Assembly: GCA_964035545.1 (NCBI GenBank)
Contig: OZ037768.1
Coordinates: 744,001-808,000, forward strand
Length of the DNA stretch: 64,000 nucleotides
Reading direction: 5' to 3'
From: Bugula neritina
Taxonomy: Eukaryota > Animalia > Bryozoa
Each line of letters opens with the position of its first letter. Position 1 is the stretch's first letter. The notes under the pieces are model-generated. The model searched no databases, had not been told where the DNA came from, and saw only the letters and a program-made list of their open reading frames with translations. This document shows positions 1 through 29,990 of the stretch, one piece after another. The translations under genes were made by a program, and so were the position numbers.

Positions 1-101
1 CAGGCTTCTTCAATTCTCCTCTCTGTCGTGGGTGACACCCAACGGTGTCGTCGGCGGAGTACTACTGGTATGCCATTCTCCATTACAGGCTCTTCTTCCA
101 T
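1..101 (-). CDS. Possible additional ORF of the retroelement, truncated by the window edge (MEEEPVMENGIPVVLRRRHRWVSPTTERRIEEA...)
   Basis: ATG at 101, open for 33 codons to the window edge, same strand as gag/pol. No recognisable domain in this short stretch. Confidence 0.35.
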   Translation of the reverse strand, partial: MEEEPVMENGIPVVLRRRHRWVSPTTERRIEEA

Positions 102-458
102 AGACAGAGAGGTTGGCTGGTCCCGTGACCGGGAGGTGGTCACTCGAGTGTGATCTGAAAGAGTAGCAGTGTTAAAGATTATACACTGAGGCACCGTCGG
201 CGTGTACAGCCTGACCGGTACTCTGTTCAGTTACACTCGTGAGATTCAGGCTAATGAATAGTTGATGGAGAACACACTCGCTATGATAGATTATTTAAAA
301 TCAAAGTCGACGTGTATTCCCACCACTGTTTATCATTATCGAATCTCCAGCTAGCTAGTGTAGCTGACTGATGCAGTCTAGTTATCGTACCAAAAACATA
401 ATTAACTCACCCTTCGATCCAGAATAGTAAGACATTTTGGAATGAAAGTGGTATCTGA

Positions 459-2717
459 TTACTGTTTACTGGCACGTCTACTCTCGACTGCATCAACATA
501 GGAAAAGACCGGACAGCGTGGTTGTGAAACGTGACTAGGGCTTTTCACTTCCAGCGGATGAATCTCGTGTGAGATTCCGCCGAGGCAAAAGTTGAGATTC
601 TCGTGGTGATCACAACTCCCACGGCTCTTTGCCTGTTTTCCCATGCGAGGCCTCTCTAGACTTTTGTTACTGCCGCTTATACCGCGGTCACGTACACAGT
701 CTCTGAGACACGCTGGAAGTTGCCTAGTGTGTGGTGCTGGTCCTATGTTGGCATCTCCTTGCGGAGCCCCTCCCACGGGGGGTTTTTGCACTTCCGGACC
801 TGTTTCTGGTTCCGGAAGTGGTGATGATGGCAGGCTTGACGTTGGGGGCGGTGGGCGCACTTTCAAGGACGGAAGTGGCCTTTCTCGCCTCGCCAAGTCT
901 TCCTGACGTGTCATGGAGGTGTTTCCGGCCAGGTTGACAGTCTCCGCCTGCCGAGACCTTCTCGCACAATGCGTCTGCCGCCCCGCTTCACCAGGGAGAC
1001 GGCTATGCTTGTTGGTCTGGCAGACTTTGCACCGTCTCACTCTGTGTCGGATATCCCGTTCCATGTTAGGCCAGTACCACCGGAGTTGTAACTTGGTGAC
1101 CACCCCTTGGACTCCTCCGTGAGTCTCCTCGTGAGTGTCTTGTATCAACTTCCGGCGGATGGCAACTGGGCAGACAACCCTCTTCCTGGCTGGCTGTCTG
1201 CTGTTGGTGGCCAAGGTCATGGTTAGCAGACCATCTGGCCCGACCCGCAGAGAGCTCCAACGTTGACAGTACAGCCGTAACTCGGCGCATCCCTGTCGCC
1301 GTTGTGTACTACTGGGTCGTCGCCCCTCCTGTTTCGCTCGGTACACGTCGGCTACCACCCCAGGAAGGCATTCCTGGAGCTTCGGCAGCTCCCTAACGTT
1401 ACCAGCCCATACAGGTTTGGCGCGGAGGCTCTGGGCAGCCTCCGGGGGCGTGTCAGCCCTCTGTTGAAGTGGCTGAGCAGGGGCGGTCCTCGCCGCCCGT
1501 GGTACTTCACGGCAGCCTGCTCTATTTAGGCGGGCTCCGTGGTTTGTGTGGCTGAACGCCTCACTGTACCCATGTGGCAACCTAGCCATAGCCTGGCGCT
1601 TCCCGTTGCCTGTGCAGCCACGCGTCCCTGGAGGAGGGGAGGCGTGGGTTGGGACGGTCCTCCGCCCTCGAGACGGGCTCTGCTGAGGACCTTCCGTCGT
1701 AGCTCCCGACGACGGCCCAATGGCTTCCTCCTGGACAGGATGGAAGCGACCCAGCATGGATCTGGGTGGTAGGTCTACTGTCTCTGAGAAGGGGTTGACA
1801 CACTGCACTGAGATCTCTCCTTGCCCCGTGAGCCGGCTAAAACTACGGGCAAGTTGGACTCTCGAGTGCGTACTTTCGACAACTCCCAACTTAGAGGTTT
1901 GGCCACCGTCTACCTTGCAGCGGACGGTAGCCCGGGAGTGGCCTGGTATAGTACAGCTCCGTACTACCTGCACTGCTCCCGCTAGAGGACGACCAAACTT
2001 ATCGACACAAGCGAGCTCCTCGTCGCCCATGATTATCGCAGATTTACTGAAATCGATGCGACAACCGTGTCGTTGTAAGAATGGCATCCCGAGGATAGCA
2101 TCCTCGTTGAGCTGCCCGACGATAAACGTCTCTTGGATGGCCTGGTTACGGACGTAACCAGTTAGCTCAATAATGCCGTAGAAGGGAATGCACGACCCGT
2201 CTGCCAAGGTGCCATGATCCCCCTCGTACGGTGCCAACCTGTCCTTGACCTTAGCGCTGAGGGTGTCAAAGAACTGACGGCTAAGGAGGTTGGTGGTGCA
2301 GCCGGAGTCCAGAAGGAAGTTGGCAGGCTTGCCGGCTAACTTCCCTGGCAGGAAGTAGCTACTTCCGTGCGGCTGCAATTGAGTGTGCCGTGGTTGCACC
2401 TCCCTCGCTGTGGGTCGAGGGGTCCACGGTTGGCGGCGACTATTGACCAGCTGCCGAGGTTGGGGCGGTACGCCTTGCGGCGCCTGTACCGTTTCCCTCG
2501 CAGGCTCTGTGGTCAACCGTCTGCCGGTTCCGTGTTGGTGCCGGAGTGGCGTAGAGGACCCAGGTGGCGAGTGGCTGAAGCCTACTTGCCGCGGGGGTCG
2601 CCACTTCACAGCGTCTCCGCGCGGCGCCCAGCGGGGCGACAGACGCGCGGGCCTCCCTGGGTGATTTACAGACGGCCCGCAGGAGGTGGGAACATCTGCG
2701 GGCCGGGGTAGTTTAAC
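459..2717 (-). CDS. pol: Pol-derived ORF expressed by -1 frameshift from gag: aspartic protease plus integrase zinc-binding domain only
   Basis: Protease motifs FLLDSGCTTNLLS (DSG at about 2301-2309) and AILGMPFL; H2C2 domain THEETHGG...WYWPNMERDIRHRVRRCKVC. No YxDD RT motif, RNase H or DDE core seen. Confidence 0.85.
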   Translation of the reverse strand, partial: VKLPRPADVPTSCGPSVNHPGRPARLSPRWAPRGDAVKWRPPRQVGFSHSPPGSSTPLRHQHGTGRRLTTEPARETVQAPQGVPPQPRQLVNSRRQPWTPRPTAREVQPRHTQLQPHGSSYFLPGKLAGKPANFLLDSGCTTNLLSRQFFDTLSAKVKDRLAPYEGDHGTLADGSCIPFYGIIELTGYVRNQAIQETFIVGQLNEDAILGMPFLQRHGCRIDFSKSAIIMGDEELACVDKFGRPLAGAVQVVRSCTIPGHSRATVRCKVDGGQTSKLGVVESTHSRVQLARSFSRLTGQGEISVQCVNPFSETVDLPPRSMLGRFHPVQEEAIGPSSGATTEGPQQSPSRGRRTVPTHASPPPGTRGCTGNGKRQAMARLPHGYSEAFSHTNHGARLNRAGCREVPRAARTAPAQPLQQRADTPPEAAQSLRAKPVWAGNVRELPKLQECLPGVVADVYRAKQEGRRPSSTQRRQGCAELRLYCQRWSSLRVGPDGLLTMTLATNSRQPARKRVVCPVAIRRKLIQDTHEETHGGVQGVVTKLQLRWYWPNMERDIRHRVRRCKVCQTNKHSRLPGEAGRQTHCARRSRQAETVNLAGNTSMTRQEDLARRERPLPSLKVRPPPPTSSLPSSPLPEPETGPEVQKPPVGGAPQGDANIGPAPHTRQLPACLRDCVRDRGISGSNKSLERPRMGKQAKSRGSCDHHENLNFCLGGISHEIHPLEVKSPSHVSQPRCPVFSYVDAVESRRASKQ

Positions 2718-3616
2718 CCTGGTGAGAGTTGAGGGCAGTTTCTCTGGAAATGTCCTGGCCTTCCGCATTCCCAGCAGAAGTGGTGCCCCATGCCTGGTGA
2801 TTGTACCTGCGGCCCGCAAGGCTCACGGGCAGTATCTACCTGGCTTGGGGAGGCTAATGTGGTGACCAGTTTATCTAGCATGTCAGTCATCTGTGAGATT
2901 TTTGACTCTAGTGACATCTGGTTCACACTAGCCACCGCGGAGGGTTCCGCATTTAATTCGGTGTGAGCAGTAGAGTGCTCCGTGGTCACCTGGCGGGAGG
3001 CCACGCGGTTGCGGTGCATATGAGTCGCCAAGAGATAGGCTTCTCCCACCGCAAGTGCATCTTCGACTGTGGTGACTCCCCTCGCTTGGAGTTGATGGTG
3101 GAGTCCCAAGTCGTTGATGGACTGCACGAAGGCATCATAGGTATACCTCTCACGGTGTACCGGAGGCAGATCGCGGAATGCAATCTGCGCTAGTGGGTAC
3201 ACCGTGGCAGCGTGCTCTTCTAGTGACGTGTGAGGATCACGCCGCATCCTCTGTAGACGGGCCCGCGCATCTATGGGAGAGATGCCAAAACGGGCCCGCA
3301 GGGAAGCAAAGATTCCGTCTATGTCAGGTCCAGCTCCGTACGGCTTAGCTTTGCCCGTCAGCGCCATCCTGAGCTTTAGCAACGCCACCCTTGGCGGCCA
3401 TTCTGCAAGCTCCATCACATCCTGGAATTCTTGGATGAACTGCTCCACTGCTTCTTCGCCAGTGAAGTTGGGCGCCTTCAGCCGATATCTATTTTCACCA
3501 TGCTCTCTAAGAATTCTCACTTCTTCATCTAACACCACTGGTTCCACAGGTATATCAACATTATCTCTCTCACCTTCATTCAGTGGAATGGGTAGCTCCG
3601 TGCCGTCTTCTGCCAT
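2666..3616 (-). CDS. gag: Gag polyprotein (capsid-like region plus CCHC nucleocapsid)
   Basis: ATG at 3616 (MAEDG...); capsid-like FTGEEAVEQFIQEF...W...LTGKA; zinc knuckle CWECGRPGHFQRNC. Confidence 0.9.
   Translation of the reverse strand: MAEDGTELPIPLNEGERDNVDIPVEPVVLDEEVRILREHGENRYRLKAPNFTGEEAVEQFIQEFQDVMELAEWPPRVALLKLRMALTGKAKPYGAGPDIDGIFASLRARFGISPIDARARLQRMRRDPHTSLEEHAATVYPLAQIAFRDLPPVHRERYTYDAFVQSINDLGLHHQLQARGVTTVEDALAVGEAYLLATHMHRNRVASRQVTTEHSTAHTELNAEPSAVASVNQMSLESKISQMTDMLDKLVTTLASPSQVDTAREPCGPQVQSPGMGHHFCWECGRPGHFQRNCPQLSPGLNYPGPQMFPPPAGRL
2673..2717 (-). promoter_or_regulatory. Programmed -1 ribosomal frameshift signal
   Basis: G_UUA_AAC heptamer in the gag frame (2717-2711), 5-nt spacer, then a perfect 10-bp stem CGGCCCGCAG/CTGCGGGCCG with a 13-nt loop. 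The -1 frame is the pol frame. Confidence 0.8.
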
Positions 3617-3632
3617 GACTGCTATACGCAAG

Positions 3633-3650
3633 ATCCCACCGCTGCCACCA
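3633..3650 (-). promoter_or_regulatory. Primer-binding site complementary to the tRNA-Leu 3' end
   Basis: TGGTGGCAGCGGTGGGAT starts 1 nt inside the LTR end; its complement ...ATCCCACCGCTGCCACCA matches the 3' end of animal tRNA-Leu(AAG/TAG) as I recall it. Confidence 0.85.
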
Positions 3651-3651
3651 C

Positions 3652-4003
3652 TGTAGTAATTTGTGCAATTACTGAGCGTGAGTTATTTACTTGCGTATAG
3701 TTAGCTGGTTATTCTGTTATCAATTACTAGGGTAGCTGTCGAGTAATTATATTTATTATCCACAATAAAGCATAAACCAAACATCACATCAAATTATCCT
3801 ATACAAGAGTCGACTACTAACACATGTTACTACTACAAGCCTCCGCTTACAACAACGTGATATAATGCTAATAACCCGGGAAGTGTCACGTGACTCGGAA
3901 GCATCTCTTCCGGAGCTGCTAATTGGTTGCTACATAAGAGTCTAAGTATTCCAAGAATAGGGAGAGGGCGATTCCTGTATTTGTACTTGCACTACTCACT
4001 ACA
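3652..4003 (-). repeat. 5' LTR (352 bp)
   Basis: Adjacent to the primer-binding site; terminal inverted repeat TGTAGT/ACTACA; minus-strand AATAAA at 3752-3757. The partner LTR is outside the window, so the outer boundary is inferred. Confidence 0.75.
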
Positions 4004-4605
4004 ATATTAGTAGGTTTACACAATATTAGGCATGGAGTTAATTAATAGAATACTACCAAACAATGAAACATACTTCGCAACTTTTTTGGCTGTGACAGAA
4101 AAGGCTAGAAGAAAAATTTAGAAATATATTTGAATTCACTGTAACTTTTGACATGCATAGTAATGCAGATTCAAGATAAAGAATTCACATATGGGCAATG
4201 CCAATGGAACAAGCACTCTGCATACAAATGTATTAAAGAGGCATCTATTTCTTTATCATATACCAAGCATTTTCACAGAAAAATTAGACGAGCTATAAAT
4301 AAACTATAATAATAAGTTATTATAAACAACAAAATTGACATAATTGAATGAACTTTTAATTATTGGATTAAAACCAACAGTAACAACAGCCCCACCCGTC
4401 ATATCACAAGGAGCTAGAGCTAGGTTCTTGAGCTAAGAGCTAGAAGATTGCTTAGTGCTTAGTTTTTCAGTTGCACAGACTATTTGGTAACCCGAGTAAT
4501 ATTTCACAGGCTAAATTCCCTTGAGGGAATGTAGGTAGCATATCCGCAAGAAAAATAAAGTGAATGCTGAACTGGAATCGTTGTTTATTCAGTTTAGACT
4601 GAGAG

Positions 4606-6108
<1,503 letters not shown>

Positions 6109-9100
6109 GACTTCTAAAATTTCATAGAATTTGAATTATTAACTTACAAAATACTATTGAAATCACAACAAATCAATGAAATTTCTGGTAAAGCAGATGA
6201 AAATTGACTCCTGACTACAAAACTGATCTCTTACAGAAAAATCTCAACAAAATAAAAAATAGCCAAAAATATAAAAAAGTATTTATAGCAGAACATCATC
6301 AGCTAGCTGGCATTCTCAGTACAAGTACAGTACAAGGCTGCAAGATGTCTATAACATTTTTTTGAGTATTCTACAAAATTAAATCGTAAAAAATCACATA
6401 CTTTCAAAAACATTCACAAATGTTTGCGATATTATATCTATAAACTATATTTAGTCTAGAAGATACATTCAACATTAATTTTATTATTAACTTAAAACTC
6501 TTGTAATATGTTACTGCAAGTCTTAGCAAACAAATTAACAAATTGTATACAATTAACATATTAAATTCTATAGCAAATAATATCAAGCATGCTTTAAGTT
6601 TATTGTAATTTCATTTCTTTATCATAAGCAGTTGATTCAGTAACTTTGACTTGAGTCTGTAAAGAACAATAATGGTTGTCAGTACTTTCTGCCAAACTAG
6701 GCATGCAACATCAAGTTTGCAATGTGCAGGAGTTAGTTATTTCAATCTTAGTGATATCCGGACTTCTAAGATATTAGATGTTAGGTCATAAAAATAATGA
6801 TAAAACAATTCAATAAGTACGAGTAAAAACTGTAAACCATTATAACTATGAGTATGATGATAAGAATAATTAATGATAGTGTATAAGTTAGACTAAAACT
6901 ATTATTAAGGGTAACTGTAAGAGAGTTACGGTTAGAGACAATACTTGAAAAGTTTAGGATAAGGTAAAGGATAATCATAGACTGATAAGTGATAAAGGCA
7001 TAATAAATGACTATATAATTACACTGACAGAGCAAATGGCCATAATCATAATGAGTAACTTAGCCTTAAATTTGAGACTTTAACCTGAAGCCTTCAGGAC
7101 TTTAGTGTTTGTCTGGAAGTGAAAGTCAAAGTGAAACTGAATGTTTCACTTTTACTTTTAGCTGAAGTATTTGAAAACTTGCATAGATTTACTTATACTA
7201 GGTTAAAAAAATTCATTTATTTTGCCACGTAAATTAAATTTCATCGGGTGCATGATACTTCTAAAAAATACAGCCACTGCCATGGTCGTAGTGATGATAA
7301 GAATAATCATAACGACAAATATTATGATAGTACAACTACAAGTCATGGTAATGGTGGTAAACAAGCGTAATGGGAAAGTTTCTAATTAATTTGCGCCATC
7401 TCGCGTTTGCACTTTGTTCATTTATAGAAATAGACATAGTCCGAAATACAACAACACGCAAAACTATTGCTATACAACCAATGGTTTACAATCTGCACCA
7501 ATTTCATGAATCGGTAGATTCCGCATCAAATAGTAAAAATTATATTGTTATTTATTTGCTGTTTCAGTTTGGTAGTTGGTTTGGCATTGTAATTGTATTT
7601 TTGAGCCCTTTGGTATGGCTGCAAGAATTGAAACAAAAACTATCTATTTTTAAAATTTATAAATTTGTAACAGAGACTGTGTCTGTAGACAGTTCAAAGC
7701 AATCCTTGCAAATTTATCGAAAGTTTGACCAGTAATCAGTCAATCTGAATCTGAAACTTAAACTTTAAGTTAAAGTTAATCATAATCATATTGATATTCA
7801 TAATAATAATGATTAATGATAAATACTGACAGATAATGAGTGTGATAATCATGATCATTAGGATAATATTAATTTTATCATATACTAATAGTAATACTCA
7901 TAATATCAGCATTACTGATTACCATCAATCATAGTGATAGTCAATAAGTCATACTCATACTGATAGTGATACTCATACTCATACATGAACATGATACATC
8001 TACAGTGACACTGACTGTTAGACTTAGTCATAGTGATAGTGTTACACTGTTACACTTACTGTTAGTGTTACACTTACCTTTGAAGACGTAGAACACTTGG
8101 AAACACTCAAGGTTATAGAAGTGCCTCATTTTTTTACAGTGTAGACTAAAAGTTAGTTGGTAATACTAATTGTGTTGATTTTTTATAAGGACCCTCTGGT
8201 GTCTCTAATTACTTACTTCCTTACTAATAGTAATTACTTACAGTTACAATGATAATTATATTTATAACAAATCTAAAGTAATACTTAAATCTAAAAGTAA
8301 TACTTATACTCATACTCTATCCAGTAACAATGACTGTAACTTTGTGTGTAATGTAATCATAATCGTGTTGTCATACTCATTATCATTATGATCATATTGA
8401 TTATCATTCTGATTATGATGGTGATAAAATAGTTATTAGTATTATAATAATAATTAGTAGTATTATCATTGGCATAGTATCATGTTGATAGTATTAGTCA
8501 TACTAATGCTAATACTTAACTGATGATGGTAGTCATACTCATAGTCATAGTGATTACAGTCATGTACTGTGCTATTCATATACCTATACTTGTAGCATAT
8601 TGATATAGTCATACTTACAGTAGTCATGGTGATAGTGTGATAGTCATACTAATACTGATAGTAATAGGGCAATGTGGGTTAAAGTATAGACTAATACTTA
8701 TATAGGCTACTATATACTCATACTGTAAGTATGAAAATGAAGATTATTATTATTATTATAGTTTTTACTTTTTAGTGTTACTGACCTACTGTTAGATTGC
8801 ATGTATTACTGTCAGTGTAACACGACAACTTTGACTAATAATTCAGAAACTCTTACAGTTATTTTTTACAGGCACTTTAGTATCAGTATAAATATTAAAT
8901 TTTTGTACAATCACCTTCATGTTAACAAACTTAAAATGGAATTAAAAGTTGAAGGGATAAAAATAATTTTAGAAATAATGGCATCATAATAATCTTAAGC
9001 ATAAAAATGACCATTTCAAGCTAATGGGGTGATGGGAACATTTCAGAGGTTGCTGAACTGTTGTGTTTAATAAAAATTGTCTGTGAGTTTGGAGTCACTT

Positions 9101-9440
9101 TATGTGCGAGTTTTTTACATTAATTTGTTGGAAATCCTGTAACGAATCTTTATGAATACAATACTTTTGTTAGTGTATAACAGGGTCTAATAACTTCTTT
9201 GCAGGTCATTGTATACTTGAGTTGACCCTTAGAGCAGAGGTCATGTGTCACATCTAAGCTACATATATCAGGATTATTATATCAACAATTGTCACAGTGT
9301 CAGGAGACTAAGCTAAATTCTTAAGATTTTCTATTCTATGTTCATTTAATGTTGTGTATACACTTGATTGTGTTTCATACAGTCTCCAGCCTAGGTTCCA
9401 TACAGTCCCTAGCCCTAATTCCATGCTTGTTGCAGGAAGG

Positions 9441-20589
<11,149 letters not shown>

Positions 20590-21307
20590 TGACATCATCA
20601 AGCATGTTCTATATATCTGAGGCTATTGGTGTGAGGGAGAACTTAGTCTAGACATTCTATTATCAACTAGATTTAAACTTTTTATAACAGTCTTAGACTT
20701 TATATTGTTGAGTATTTGAAGTCGTGGAATCTTCATAATGACTATTGTACATGATTATCATTGCTCAAGTCTAAAAACTACCACATGATTGAAATATGAC
20801 ATCACAGAAAAATATATGACATCACAGAAAAATATATGACATCACAGAAGAACTGGGGGCACCTACTGCCACCTGTGTGTCAAGTGTCTAGCAAAGCAGA
20901 ATAGCCATTTTGTTTTCAATCTATGACAATTTTACTCGATTCAATCTTTTTCGGAGATTTAATTTATTTTTATTACAACAATGTACCAATTTTATCTCTC
21001 ATTATAGTCTTTCATTAATTTTAATTTAGTATTTCGTGAACTATTTTATCCCATAACCTCTTCATTTCATTGTTTTATTTTAAAATTAAAGTTCATGTCA
21101 CATTTTAATGTCATTCTTGGAATTTTATAATTAAATTAAAACAGTTATTTGCTTTGATGTTTTTATTGGAATAAATAGCAAACTACGTTAACAGGATATA
21201 ATAAATTGTATGTTGAAGAGGTTCCTTGAGATACTCATTGGGTTGATTTTTTTAAATATTGTTTATAAACATCGTAACCATGGATATTTTTTCCATTTCG
21301 GTGATCA

Positions 21308-21419
21308 TAACCTCTTGATGCGCGGTATTCGTTCGTTATATTATTGTTGAGGGGTTGTTGCCTCTATGCTAAAGTTTCCATTCGCCAACTGCGAGATCCG
21401 GCGTGTATCAAAGGGTTAA
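21308..21419. mobile_element. Possible degraded MITE with a piggyBac-like end
   Basis: Imperfect inverted ends TAACCTCTTGATGCGCGG and CCGGCGTGTATCAAAGGGTTAA in a locally GC-richer patch. Confidence 0.25.
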
Positions 21420-22584
21420 AGTTCAGAAGATATTGCGCTGGTCCTGGGATTGGTCGCTTGGATTTATTTGGGAATTCCCCCGATCCAGCTTTCCACGTTA
21501 GGAATGCTGAAACAAAATTTTTAAGAGGTCTTGTTTTACCTTAACTGTTGAGACTAATACTTTAATGTAGTCTTTTTTCGAAAATGTCTTATATATGGAT
21601 GATCTTAAACATCATTATTTTGATTTATCCTTATTATTGTATGAATAAATAAATTGAATCAAGGAATCATATTGATATTCAATAATTCATTGGATGTTTA
21701 TGAATATCAATATGTATCAGTATGCAGCTTCATTGTGATAAATTACGATTGTCATATTGATATTCATTATCATAATCATAATCATGATTTATTATCATTA
21801 TTATTACTAGTAGCGTTTACAATCATCGTTCCACTTGACATTATCATTGCGATTATTGGTGAAGATCCTACTCGGTACTCTGCAATCTGGCAACTGTCAA
21901 ACTCAAAGATATTAATTTAGAGTTTCAGTTTGAGTTGTATCACTATCAGTATGAGTATTACCACTAGTATAACTAGGAGTATAAGTATTGCAATTAGTAT
22001 GTTATTAACAAAATAACATACTGGTCATATGACGATGTGGGATTTTTTGAGAAAATGTAAATGCTGATGAGCTACTAGTACTACTAGTGATAAATATTAA
22101 TAGCCATAGGGTTTAGTTAGGGATTTGCTCTGAAGTTATACTTATTTTGAAAAAAACTTGTTTTTCACAGCTCTATGACATAAGTTTGTAGCTAGTAGAA
22201 ACATTATATTCTTATATTTATGCTTAGTTTTTAGTTGAATTTTTGCTTAGGATAATTACAATTATGTTCAACTATCATCATAAATCATAATTATGATAAT
22301 AATTATTAGACTAACACATGCTCATATACGCAGTATAGTCAGTGAATTTTACGTGTCACTCTCATTTGAGAAAAATAAAAATTATGTAAAATTTGCAAAT
22401 TTAGTTTAGGGTTTCTCTTTGGTTCCTCTGAAGAATCCTATAAGAATTATGGTGATGCCTTTCCTAAACATTTTTATTGTGTTTAAAAATTGTAGTTTTC
22501 TTTCATGTGTTGTGCTTTGACTCTAATCTTCATAGGTTTTAATATTGTAGAATAAATTACCCAATGAGAGAATATTGACCCAAC

Positions 22585-29515
<6,931 letters not shown>

Positions 29516-29990
29516 AATAGGAAGTAACTTGGCTGCTCACAGAGCTGTTACTTCAACTCAGACATCCCAGTTACAGTCTTGTTATAGCAATCTAGTTTTT
29601 TACGCAACTTTTTCAGTAAAACCAGTTTCTACATATTGCATGTTTCATGCATCCATCAAAGCTTTTGTAAACAATATTTTGACAATACTTGTATGTCTAT
29701 GTGCTAACCCAATTCGCTCAGTTCCACTTTGTGCATTTCTCAATGCAATTTGACTTATTATTTTTTTGACCAAATTTAGATTGCCATACCTATTATTTTA
29801 ACAAAGTTTATATTTGTTACTTTTATAACATTTTGTTCTTCACAAGAACGGACTATCGACAATCAAAATACTTTTACTAAGCATCTCTTATAAAAGCTTA
29901 TTTGAATAAACTATCATGCATCTTCATTTGTGGGAAAAATTAAATTATAATACATAATTAAAATAGGGGGAGCTTATTCAACTCTAACCA

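Larger units (their letters stand above)
1..4003 (-). mobile_element. Ty3/Gypsy-type LTR retrotransposon, internally deleted (non-autonomous); 3' end lies outside the window
   Basis: GC-rich block in an AT-rich background. It has an LTR with TGTAGT...ACTACA ends, a tRNA primer-binding site, gag with a CCHC knuckle, an aspartic protease (LLDSG) and an integrase H2C2 zinc domain. Confidence 0.92.

Noticed and set aside
3633-3650. tRNA-Leu gene
   Set aside because: Only the 18-nt 3' end including CCA is present, next to an LTR, so it is a primer-binding site.
643-3656. Plus-strand ORFs overlapping the retroelement
   Set aside because: Antisense shadows of GC-rich gag/pol sequence with no motifs.
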